This document shows, one piece after another, positions 12,659-23,227 of a stretch of 64,000 bases of DNA. Location of the stretch: the NCBI GenBank assembly GCA_964016885.1, contig OZ024742.1:186620001-186684000 (forward strand). Reading direction: 5' to 3'. The translations under genes and the position numbers were made by a program. Within the stretch, counting starts at the first letter, position 1. Every line of letters starts with the position of its first letter. The notes under the pieces are model-generated. The model saw nothing but the letters and a program-made list of their open reading frames with translations. It was not told the origin of the DNA and did not search any database. This stretch comes from Eledone cirrhosa. Its lineage: Eukaryota.

Positions 12659-13154
12659 ACTAAAGGTGGAAAACTGGGAGAGGGCACTTGCCTTGGTGGT
12701 CAGGGTCATTGTGGCTTTTTACTGGGCTTTCTCCACAAATGTCCCTCCGAAGTCTCCCCCATATTGGGGAATTTTTCATTGTTATTTTCATTGTTATTTT
12801 TGTTACATCCTCTGTTTTTGTTTTTTTACACGCAGAAATGCCCATTTGTACCGTCCTGCATTGTCCTGCACTGTCCTTAATGTCTACTTTATGTAAACCC
12901 TTGTGGTTAATAAAGAAATCATTATTATTATTATTATTATTGAATGCCATGGTTGACGGAGGCTCGGCTCTGTAAGGTATAGTAATTTTTAACCGTTAAA
13001 ACAATTGTAAATTGTTTAAAACTTGAACCAAATTGTTGATAAAGACACCCTCCTCCTCGTGAGAGGGGTCTTTCTGTCCGTTATTTGGCCCTTCGGGGTT
13101 AAATAACCAGTTATTGGGGTTTTGTACCCAAAATTTCATTTTAAACAAAAAAAC

Positions 13155-15266
13155 ATGGCTACGAAAAAGAAATTTCATACGTCATTCCCACTCATTCCGT
13201 CTTCTTCTTCCTCAATCATCACTACAGCAGAGAGAAGATTGTCTCTCTCCCTCCCTTCTTTAAATGTGTCTCTCTCCCTCCCTTCTCTTTCGCAAGTGAC
13301 GAAAGAAAAGAAAAGTCTCGTGCAAAGCGTGCAAGGTTTCTCCACGACGACGACGACAGCGACGAAACAGGTGTGCGGGAAATACGAAAACCCAGTTCAT
13401 TCGTCTGACGTCAGGAATAATAGCAGTAGCAGCCGTAATAACAACAGCAACAGTGACAATGAAAACAACAGTAGCAGCCGCAACAGCATCACCAGCAGCA
13501 TAAACAACAACAGCATTAGCAACAGCAACACCAACAACAACCACAGCAACAGCGGCGGAGGCAGTAGTCGTAGTACCTGCAGCAACAACAAAAGTACCAG
13601 CAGCTCTGACGACAACAACAACAGCAGAGAAAAACCAATCTCATTTGCAGGTATTGCGAAAAACTTGGAAACAATCCTCATAACAAATGAGGAATTAGAG
13701 GAAGCGAAGAAGATGGTGACAAAGAACGGACACCGAGCAATCTGCAAGGCAGCGAAAAATTTTTTCGAAACCCAAGAGCACTGTACGGTCACGTACCGTA
13801 CAGTAAGTACAAAATCCCGTAGGGTGGAAAGAGCCACAGAGGCCCAAATACAAAAAGCCTTGGGGTCTGTGTGGCAGAGGAAAACGCACATCACCCGAGG
13901 CAAAAAAAAAAAAAAAAAAAAATACGCCACCGTAGACGTACTTTTTGCCACACCCCAGGAGGCAAAGGTCCAATCAGTAGTGACCCTAAGGAGCGAGGAA
14001 ATGGTGTTGGTGCCCTCCTACTGCGGGCAAAAAATTGTGAGGGTCAAACTGACCCACGTCCCCCCCGGAATGACCCCTTCTTGGCTGGCCGCGTCTGTCC
14101 TCGTCGGAATCGAGGACAAAACAACTGTACTGCAAGTACAGAAAAAAGTAAGAGAAGATTGGGTCGGCTCCTCCATTGAGATGCTAATCCAAACCAACCA
14201 GGAGTGCATCGAAGCTATCCCGGATGTGATAGACTTCGATAACGGCACTCAACTGCCCATAAGTGTTGAGGGCAAACGCCCGAAATGCTTTCGCTGTGGA
14301 TCGAAGACTCACCTCAGGGCCTTCTGCAACGAGAAGACCCTGAGAAAGGAGAAAACCCCCCTCCTTCCGAATCCGGCTCCACGGCTACCAGCAACAGGAC
14401 AAGCGGCAACCAGGAACGATAGGTCCGTGGTACCCATACCCACGCCACGGAAATCAAAAACAGCAGCAGCAGTGGAAATATTAACAACAACAACAGCAAT
14501 ACCAAATGCAGCTGCAACAGAGACTCCAGTGCAAACATCACCAACAACAACAAGTGAAAGAGTGGAGCTGGTACCCCTCCCCGACCTCACAGAATCAGAC
14601 ATGGAGTGTGAGGTGGGAGAGGGATGGCAAAAGGTCGCAAGAAGGCACAAACGCAGAAGCAGCGCATCGTCGCCTTTGAAAAGAGAGGAAAGAAATGAGA
14701 AAAGGGTAAAGTCTACTGCAAAGAGACCCACAGCAGCAACAACACCAACACCATCACCACCCACACTAGCACCACCATCACCACCGGCGACAACCCCACC
14801 GCCAACAACACCTTCAACACCACCACCACAAGCACCAACATCGCAAACACAACAACAAAACACACACACCCAGCAACAACGACAAGAAAATAGTAGAACC
14901 ACACCCCACCCCAAGAAAAACAAATGCACGGCAATAAATACACACAACAAGAAACTAATGACTTACATAATTGAACACACAGACATTTCACAACAGGACT
15001 ACATAATACCAGCACCAATCAAAACGCCAACTAACATAAGACTGCTAAAAATAGCACAGAAACAATACACAAACATTAAAACGAAATTCCCCAACGCAGT
15101 TGGTGATTTCAGGGACCTAGGAGGAACCATCAATCGAAGAGTATACTCAGACATTCTCTTAGAAGAGCCGACGACCAGCCGAAGGGACGATTCAACGGTC
15201 CCTTCACCAGACGATCAAGTGAAAAGGGATGTAAAAACCATCCCTCCTCTACCAAAAGTACGGTAA
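13155..15266 (+). CDS. LINE ORF1p (copy 3; in-frame +5 Lys)
   Basis: Near-identical to 7107..9203; A6 run expanded to A21 at 13902-13922. Confidence 0.9.
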   Translation: MATKKKFHTSFPLIPSSSSSIITTAERRLSLSLPSLNVSLSLPSLSQVTKEKKSLVQSVQGFSTTTTTATKQVCGKYENPVHSSDVRNNSSSSRNNNSNSDNENNSSSRNSITSSINNNSISNSNTNNNHSNSGGGSSRSTCSNNKSTSSSDDNNNSREKPISFAGIAKNLETILITNEELEEAKKMVTKNGHRAICKAAKNFFETQEHCTVTYRTVSTKSRRVERATEAQIQKALGSVWQRKTHITRGKKKKKKKYATVDVLFATPQEAKVQSVVTLRSEEMVLVPSYCGQKIVRVKLTHVPPGMTPSWLAASVLVGIEDKTTVLQVQKKVREDWVGSSIEMLIQTNQECIEAIPDVIDFDNGTQLPISVEGKRPKCFRCGSKTHLRAFCNEKTLRKEKTPLLPNPAPRLPATGQAATRNDRSVVPIPTPRKSKTAAAVEILTTTTAIPNAAATETPVQTSPTTTSERVELVPLPDLTESDMECEVGEGWQKVARRHKRRSSASSPLKREERNEKRVKSTAKRPTAATTPTPSPPTLAPPSPPATTPPPTTPSTPPPQAPTSQTQQQNTHTQQQRQENSRTTPHPKKNKCTAINTHNKKLMTYIIEHTDISQQDYIIPAPIKTPTNIRLLKIAQKQYTNIKTKFPNAVGDFRDLGGTINRRVYSDILLEEPTTSRRDDSTVPSPDDQVKRDVKTIPPLPKVR

Positions 15267-15301
15267 GTGGTCTTTCCCATCTTTTCCACTCTATTTTAAA
15301 C

Positions 15302-18300
15302 ATGACCTCACTCAGAATAGGCAGCATAAATGCGCGTGGCTTGGGGTCGTCATGGAAGCAGGGTCACCTGCTCAACGACCTCAGGTCACTAAACATAGAT
15401 GTAGTGGCCATCAGCGAGACCAGAATCTCCGAAGCACGGGCCTTCGCACCGATCTTCGGCGGCTACGATGTGTACGCATCTCCCAGCCGTCCTGGATCCG
15501 GTGGAGGAGTTGCTGTGCTTTTTCGGAGAGGTTTGGATCTCGCCATACGGGCCATCTTCCTGGACCCAGAGGGTAAGCTGGTGGTGCTGGACGTGACCAG
15601 CGGAGACGGGCAAGCTTTCAGGCTAGTGGCCGTCTATGCCCCGACGGGAGCAGGGCGGCCTGATTTCTTCCGGCGTCTGGAGACCTTTCTTGGAACGTCC
15701 CGCTCTTTAGTGTTAGTGGGCGACTGGAACGGGATCTTAGATGCACGCTGGGACTGTGTGGGATTAGCGGATAGGGGTGGAGGGTGCAAGAGCCTCACCA
15801 ACCTGCTCAGGCGTTTTGAACTGTCTGACAGGTACCGATTGGATTTCCCGAATGTGCCAATGTGGACTTGGACAAACCGCATAGGGTCATCCAGATCATA
15901 TCTAGATAGAGTATTTTGTAGGGAAATAGATAGGTCTAGCATAGGCTGTCCACAATTCAAGATAGTCAGCTACACGGACCACAAATTCGTGACCTGTGTG
16001 CTTGACTTAGATAGGCTTCATAGACGAGGACCCGGCTACTGGAAGCTAAACGCGTCCTTACCAGCGCGCAAGGCCTACAGAGACCGGATTAGCGAACTAG
16101 TTAAGCGGGCGTTGACGGGGGCCATCGTCAACAACAAGTGGTGGTTTGCTCTGAAAAGAGCGATTAGAATAGAATCGATTAGGTTTAGTAAGGCTTTAGC
16201 AATAGAGAAAAATAGAGCAGAGGGAGAACTAGTTAGAAAATTAGACGAGGCGCTTAGCAAAGGCATTGCGACCGACGTGCTTGCGGCGAAATTGGCCCTT
16301 GACCAATTCTTCAATGCAAAGCACGAAGGCTGCGTTGTCAGAGCTAGGGTGCGTGCTCTCAGACACGAGGGGACGAAAGCCGTTCAATGGGCCCGAGTGG
16401 CGGAGGCGCGTCGTGGCAACAAAGCCACGATCCGGTCTTTGGTGGACCACGACGGGCGCATGCTACTCGATCCCGGGCAAATGTGTGAAGCTTTTCAGCG
16501 ACACTTCGCTCAGCTGTTCGGGGGCAGCGGGGGGCCGGGTAGAGGGATGGACTTTAGTGTCTACCTCGACGGACTGCCGCGGCTCTCGGCCACTGAGGCG
16601 AGGTGTTGCGAAAAGCCGATAACAGCCGCTGAAGTACGGGAGGCAATGACTGGCTGCACAAGGGGTAAATCGCCTGGTTTGGATGGTCTGCCCTATGAAC
16701 TTTACGTACAGATGCCAGACTTGTTCGGAGGCCTCTTGGCGGACGTCTACTGCAACTGGCAACAGAACGGGAGAATTCCCAGTTCTGTGAGCCGAGGAGC
16801 GGTGGCACTGCTGAGAAAGGATCCGAACAAGGGGGATAACATAGACAATTTCCGGCCCATAACTCTGCTAAACACAGAGTTTAAGATTTTGGCCAAGGTG
16901 CTAGCAAAGAGGTTGGCGCTTGTCGTTGGTGGTCTGGTGGGAGAGGCGCAGACATGCGCCATTCCCGACAGATCCATCCACGACAACCTCCACCTCATGC
17001 GATACATCGTAGAGAGGGTAGCTAGGGAACCTGGCACGGGTGGGTCTTTGATCAATTTAGATCAGTCGAAAGCTTTCGATAGGGTCGACCATCGTTACCT
17101 AGCGGCAGTCCTGAGGGCGGCTGGCTTTGGGCCCGTCTTCAGAGGCTGGATCGCTGCCATGCACAGCGACATCTGCTCTGTGGTGAGAGTGAACGGTCAC
17201 CTGTCGGAACCGTTCAACATCATGCGCTCGGTCCGCCAAGGATGTCCCCTCTCGTCCCTCTTGTACGTATTGACTCTCGAGCCATTACTGCACAAACTGG
17301 AGACGTTGAGGGGAGTCCCGCGCGAACTAGGATACGGAAGATCCGTGTCAGCATATGCGGACGATGTCACCGTAGTGGTGTCGAACGCCAAACACATCGA
17401 GGCGATCGGCACTACACTAAGAGAATACGAAGCGGTGACAGGAGCAATGATCAACCAGGAAAAGTCAGTGGGCCTGCAGCTCGGCACCTGGAGAGGCAGG
17501 TCCATGCCGTCCAACAGCGTCGTCGGGCGCTGGACGGACGGACCGGTTAAATTGCTAGGGGTCTGGTTCGGTCCGGACCTCCAGACGGACAAAAACTGGG
17601 ACGAGGTGACGAGCAGGGTGGCTTCTCTCACCCAGAAATGGGCGGAGAGGAAGCTATCCCTGAAAGGTCGAGCGGAGGTGGCTAACGCGTACATCGCGTC
17701 TGTCATCTGCTACCGCCTAACCGTCGTACCTTGTCCTAAGCCTCGCCTGACTGCGCTGGAGCGTTTGCTCTTTCGCTTTTTGTGGAAGGGACGTGCTCCG
17801 ATGGTCAGGCGGTCCATCTGTTGTCAACACCCGCTACGTGGAGGGCTGGGCATGCCGTGGCTGATGATGCGCAGGCACGCGCTCAGGCTACGACATCTCC
17901 ACCTCTTCCTCGACGGTGATCAGGTGTGGTCGCCGTTTGCTAGACGCGTTTTTCCCCAGCTCGTTTCCTTGACGGAGCTGCAGTCCTGGGTCAAGCGAAG
18001 ACCGAGAGGGAGCGCCTGGAGACTGGAATGTCTTCAGGCGCTCACAGCCCTCGACCAATCGGGCAATGTGATCGGTGGAAACTCCACCTCGGCGTTCTAT
18101 AGAGGATTAGTGGAGGGGAAGAGCGACGACGTACTTGGGGAAACTCTAGGCGTCGACGAAAATCAACTAGCCAATCTCTTCGGAAGAACTTTCGGGCCAG
18201 GGCCTATGGACAACTTCCAGAAATCTCTGGCCTGGCAGTGCTACCGAGGAGCCTTGCCAGTTCGGGATAAACTCTACAGGCATGGAGGTGCCGTCAGCCG

Positions 18301-18721
18301 GGCATGTCCGAGATGCGCGCAGGGCGACGAAACCGTCCTGCACGCACTCGTCCAGTGTCCGAAAATTGCTGACTTGTGGGTTTATGTCGAACACCTGCTG
18401 TCGCGTTTAGGACGGATCCAGCTATCATCTGAGTCTATCGTGAGGATTGCCCCGCCCTCCTCCTTTAGCCGGGAAGGGCAGGAAGTTTTTATCTGTCTGG
18501 TGGCCATGGCGAAAGAGATAGTATGGTGGACACGTTTGAAAGGGCTGAAGACGAGCACTTACCTCTTCGGTGATGCTCTGATTGACTTTTTCAAATTTCA
18601 TTTGAAAAGGAAAATCAGAGTAGAGAAGGAAGTGCTCTCTTCCCAGCATTTTGTTGAAAGATGGGTGAGAGAAGCAAGAATGGCCCGAGTGAATGGGCCG
18701 ACTCTGAGTATATATCTGTAA
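15302..18721 (+). CDS. LINE ORF2p, 1139 aa (copy 3)
   Basis: I see two differences from the copy-2 protein (ELGCGR>ELGYGR, EGQAVF>EGQEVF); all APE and RT motifs intact. Confidence 0.97.
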   Translation: MTSLRIGSINARGLGSSWKQGHLLNDLRSLNIDVVAISETRISEARAFAPIFGGYDVYASPSRPGSGGGVAVLFRRGLDLAIRAIFLDPEGKLVVLDVTSGDGQAFRLVAVYAPTGAGRPDFFRRLETFLGTSRSLVLVGDWNGILDARWDCVGLADRGGGCKSLTNLLRRFELSDRYRLDFPNVPMWTWTNRIGSSRSYLDRVFCREIDRSSIGCPQFKIVSYTDHKFVTCVLDLDRLHRRGPGYWKLNASLPARKAYRDRISELVKRALTGAIVNNKWWFALKRAIRIESIRFSKALAIEKNRAEGELVRKLDEALSKGIATDVLAAKLALDQFFNAKHEGCVVRARVRALRHEGTKAVQWARVAEARRGNKATIRSLVDHDGRMLLDPGQMCEAFQRHFAQLFGGSGGPGRGMDFSVYLDGLPRLSATEARCCEKPITAAEVREAMTGCTRGKSPGLDGLPYELYVQMPDLFGGLLADVYCNWQQNGRIPSSVSRGAVALLRKDPNKGDNIDNFRPITLLNTEFKILAKVLAKRLALVVGGLVGEAQTCAIPDRSIHDNLHLMRYIVERVAREPGTGGSLINLDQSKAFDRVDHRYLAAVLRAAGFGPVFRGWIAAMHSDICSVVRVNGHLSEPFNIMRSVRQGCPLSSLLYVLTLEPLLHKLETLRGVPRELGYGRSVSAYADDVTVVVSNAKHIEAIGTTLREYEAVTGAMINQEKSVGLQLGTWRGRSMPSNSVVGRWTDGPVKLLGVWFGPDLQTDKNWDEVTSRVASLTQKWAERKLSLKGRAEVANAYIASVICYRLTVVPCPKPRLTALERLLFRFLWKGRAPMVRRSICCQHPLRGGLGMPWLMMRRHALRLRHLHLFLDGDQVWSPFARRVFPQLVSLTELQSWVKRRPRGSAWRLECLQALTALDQSGNVIGGNSTSAFYRGLVEGKSDDVLGETLGVDENQLANLFGRTFGPGPMDNFQKSLAWQCYRGALPVRDKLYRHGGAVSRACPRCAQGDETVLHALVQCPKIADLWVYVEHLLSRLGRIQLSSESIVRIAPPSSFSREGQEVFICLVAMAKEIVWWTRLKGLKTSTYLFGDALIDFFKFHLKRKIRVEKEVLSSQHFVERWVREARMARVNGPTLSIYL

Positions 18722-18981
18722 ACTAAAGGTGGAAAACTGGGAGAGGGCACTTGCCTTGGTGGTCAGGGTCATTGTGGCTTTTTACTGGGCTTTCTCCACA
18801 AATGTCCCTCCGAAGTCTCCCCCATATTGGGGAATTTTTCATTGTTATTTTCATTGTTATTTTTGTTACATCCTCTGTTTTTGTTTTTTTACACGCAGAA
18901 ATGCCCATTTGTACCGTCCTGCATTGTCCTGCACTGTCCTTAATGTCTACTTTATGTAAACCCTTGTGGTTAATAAAGAAA

Positions 18982-19040
<59 letters not shown>

Positions 19041-22000
19041 GAATGCCATGGTTGACGGAGGCTCGGCTCTGTAAGGTATAGTAATTTTTAACCGCTATAA
19101 CAATTGTAAATTGTTTAAAACTTTAACCAAATTGTAGACAAAAACACCCTCCTCTTCGTGAGAGGGGTCTTTCTGCGCGTTATTTGGCCCTTCGGGGTTA
19201 AATAACCGCTTATTGGGGTTTTGTGCCCAATATTTATTTTAAACCAAAAAAACATGGCTACCAAAAATAATTTTCACAAGTCACACCCACTCATTCGTCA
19301 CTACATCAGAGAGATGATTGTCTCTCTCCCTCCCTTCTCTAAATGTGTCTCTCTCCCGCCCGTCTCTTTCACAAGCGACGCTAGTAAAGAAAAAGAAAAA
19401 TATAGTTTCTGATAGTTTCCAAGAGCACGTGCAAAACGTGGAACATTTCTCCACGACGACAACAACGACGAAAAATGTGTGCTGTAAATACGGAAAGCCA
19501 TTTCATTCGTCTGACGTCATGAATAATAGCAGTAGCAGCCGTAATAACAGCAGCACCAGCAACAGTGACAAGGAAAACAACAGTAGCAGCCGCAACACAT
19601 CAGTAGCAGCATAAACAACAACAGCATTAGCAGCAACAGCAACAACAACAGCAGCAGCAGCACCAACAACAACAACCACAGCAACAGCGGCGGCGGCAGT
19701 CGTAGTACCAGCAGCAACAACAAAAGTAACAGCTCTGACGACAACAACAACAACAACAAAGAAAAACCAATCTCGTTTGCAGGTATCGCAAAAAACCTGG
19801 AAACCATCCTTATAACAAATGAGGAATTACAGGAAGCAAAGAAGATGGTGACGAAAACAGGACACCGAGCAATCTGTGAGGCAGCCGAAAATTTTTCGAA
19901 ACCCAACAGAACTGTACGGTCACGTACTATACAGTAAGCACAAAATCCCGTAGGGTTGAAAGAGCCACAGAGGCTCAAATACAAAAAGCCTTAGGGTCTG
20001 TTTGGCAGCGGAAAACGCATATCACCCGAGGCAAGAAATATGCCACCGTGGACGTGCTTTTTACCACACCCAGGAGGCAAAGGCTCAATCCTTAGTGACC
20101 CTAAGGAGCGAGGAAATGGGGTTGGTGCCCTCCTACTGCGGACAAAAAATTGTGAGGGTCAAACTGAGCCCCCCCCCCTTTCTTGGCTGGCCGCGTCTGT
20201 CCTCGTCGGAATCGAGGACAATACAACTGTACTGCAAGTACAGAAAAAAGTACGAGAAGATTGGGTCGGCACCTCCATTGAGATGTTAATCCAAACCAGC
20301 CAGGAGTGCATTGAAGCTATCCCGGATGTGATCAACTTCGATAACGGCACTGAACTGCCCATAAGCTTTGAGGGCAAAAGCCTGAAATGCTTTCGCTGTG
20401 GATCGAAGACTCACCTCAGGGACTTCTGCAATGAGAAGACCCTGAGAAAGGAGAAAAACCCCTCCTTCCGAAACCGGCTCCACTGCTACCAGCAACAGGA
20501 CAAGCGGCAACCAGGAACGAAAGGTCCGTGGCACCCATACCCACGCCACGGAAATAAAGAACAGCAGCAGCAGTGGAAGTATTAACAACAACAGTAATAC
20601 CAACTGCAGCTGCAACAGAGACTCCACTGCAAACATCACCAACAACAACAAGTGAAACAGTGGAGCTGGTACCCCTCCCCGACCTCACAGAATCGGACAT
20701 GGAGTGTGAGGTGGGAGAGGGATGGTAAAAGGTCGCAAGAAGGCACAAACGCAGAAGCAGCGCATCGTCGCCTTCAAAAAGGGAGGAAAGAAATGAAAAA
20801 AGGCTAAAGGCTACTGCAAAGAGACTTACAGCAGCAACACCACCAACACCATCACCACCCACGCTAGCACCACCATCACCACCGGAGGCAACCCCACCGC
20901 AAACAACAACACCTTCAACACCACCACCACAAGCGCCAACATCGCAAACACAACAACAAAACACACACACCCCGCAACAACGACAAGAAAATAGCAAAAC
21001 TACACCCCACACCCAGAAAAACAAATGCACAGCAATAAATACACACAACAAGAAACTAATGACTTACATAATTGAACACACAGACATTTCACTGCACGAC
21101 TACATAATACCAGCACCAATCAAAACACCAACGAACATAAGACTGGTAAGAATAGCAGAGAAGCAATACACAAAAATTAAAACGAAATTCCCCAACGCAG
21201 TTGGTGATTTCAGAGACCTAGGAGGGTCACTCAACCGGAGAATATATTCGGATAAACTCACAGAAGAGCCGACGACCAGCCGAAGGGACGATTCAACGGT
21301 CCCTTCACCAGACGATCAAGTGAAAAGGGATGGAGAAACCATCCTTCCTCTACGAGAAGTAAGGTAAGTGGTCTTCCCCATCTTTTCCACCCCATTTCAA
21401 CATGACCTCACTCAGAATAGGCAGCATAAATGCGCGTGTCTTGGGGTCGTCATGGAAGCAGGGCCACCTGCTCAACGACCTCAGGTCACTAAACATAGAT
21501 GTAGTGGCCATCAGCGAGACCAGAATCTCCGAAGCACGGGCCTTCGCACCGATCTTCGGCGGCCACGATGTGTACGAATCACCCAGCCGTCCGGGATCGG
21601 GGGGAGGAGTTGCTGTGCTTTTTCGGAGAGGTTTGGATCTCGCCATACGGGCCTTCCTCCTGGGCCCAGAAGGTAAGTTGTTAGTGCTGGACGTGACCAG
21701 CGGAGATGGGCAAGCTTTCAGGCTAGTGGCCGTCTATGCCCCGACAGTAGCAGGGGGGCCTGTTTTCTTCCGGCGTCTGAAGACCTTTCTCGGAACGTCC
21801 CGCTCTTTAGTGTTAGTGGGCGACTGGAACGGGATCTTAGATGCACGCTAGGACTGAGTGGGATTAGCGGATAGAGGAGGAGGGTGTAAGAGCCTCACCA
21901 ACCTGCACAGGCGTTTTGAATTGTCTGACAGGTACCGATTGGGTTTCCCGAATGTGCCAAAGTGGACTTGGACAAATCGCATAGGGTCATCCAGATCATA

Positions 22001-23181
22001 TCTAGATAGAGTATTTTGTAGGGAAATAGATAGGTCTAGCATAAACTGTCCACAATTCAAGATAGTCAGCTACACGGACAAAAATTCGTGATCTGTGTGC
22101 TTGACTTAGATAGGCTTCATAGACGAGGACCCGGCTACTGGAAGCTAAACGCATCGTTAACAGCGCGCAAGGCCTACAGAGACCGTATTAGTGAACTAGT
22201 TAAGCGGGCGTTGACGCGGGCCATTGTCAACAACAAGTGGTGGTTTGCTCTGAAAAGAGCGATTAAAATAGAGTCCGTTAGGTTTAGTAAGGCTTTAGCA
22301 ATAGATAAAAATAGAGCAGAGGGAGAATTAGTTAGAAAATTATATGAGGTGCTTAGCAAAGGCATCGCGACCGACGTGCTTGCGGCGAAATTGGCCCTTG
22401 ACCAATTCTTCAATGCAAAGCACGAAGGCTGCGTTGTCAGGGCTAGGGTGCGTGCTGTCAGACACGGGGGGACGAAAGCCGTTCAATGGGCCCGAGTGGC
22501 GGAGGCGCGTCGTGGCAACAAAGCCACGATCCGGTCTTCAGGGCGATGAAACCGTCCTGAACGTAGTCGTCCAGTGTCTGAGCATTGCTCACTTGTGGGT
22601 TTATGTCGAACACCTGCTGTCGCGTGTAGGACGGATCTAGCTATCAGCTGTGTCCATCGTGAGGATTTCCCCGCCCTCTTCCTTTAGCCGGGAAGGGCAG
22701 GCAGTTTTTATCTGTCTGGTGGCCATGGCGAAAGAGATAGTATGGTGGACACGTTTGAAAAGGCTGAAGACGAGCACTTACCTCTTCGGTGATGCCCTGA
22801 TTAACTTTTTCAAATTTGATTTGAAAAGGAAAATCAGGGTAGAGAGGGAAGTGCTCTCTTCCCAGCATTTTGTTGAAAGATGGGTGAGAGAGGCAAGAAT
22901 AGCCCGAGTGAATGGCCCTACTCTGAGTATGTGTCTGTAAATTAAAGGTGGAAAACTGGGAGAGGGCACTTGCCCTGGTGGTCAGGCTCACTGTGGTCTT
23001 TTAATGGGCTTTCTCCACAAATGTCCCTCGGAAGTCTCCCCCCTATTGGGGAATTTTTCTTTGTTATTTTATTTCATCCTCTGTTTTTTACACGCAGAAA
23101 TGCCCATTTGTACCGTCCTGTATTGTCCTGTACTGTCCTTAATGTCTACTTTATGTAAACCCTTGTGGTTAATAAAGAAAA

Positions 23182-23215
<34 letters not shown>

Positions 23216-23227
23216 GTTATTGTTATT
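19041..23227 (+). mobile_element. Tx1-clade LINE family A, copy 4 (degenerate, RT deleted)
   Basis: Same 5' end; many stops and frameshifts; junction at 22538/22539 removes the equivalent of 10377-12256; tail 23183-23227. Confidence 0.93.

Larger units (their letters stand above)
6894..12941 (+). mobile_element. Tx1-clade LINE family A, copy 2 (intact, about 6.05 kb)
   Basis: 5' end GAATGCCATGGTTGACGG directly after (ATT)n; two intact ORFs; AATAAA; tail (ATT)7 at 12921-12941. Confidence 0.97.
12942..19040 (+). mobile_element. Tx1-clade LINE family A, copy 3 (intact)
   Basis: Same 5' end as copy 2 with scattered substitutions; tail (ATT)19 at 18984-19040. Confidence 0.97.

Noticed and set aside
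7212-17706. Antisense and alternative-frame ORFs inside the Tx1 elements
   Set aside because: Shadows of the main ORFs or low-complexity tracts; they recur only because the element is repeated.
6894-19040. Copies 2 and 3 as an assembly duplication or LTR structure
   Set aside because: They differ by scattered substitutions, tail length and an A-run, and they encode APE-RT without integrase or LTR hallmarks.
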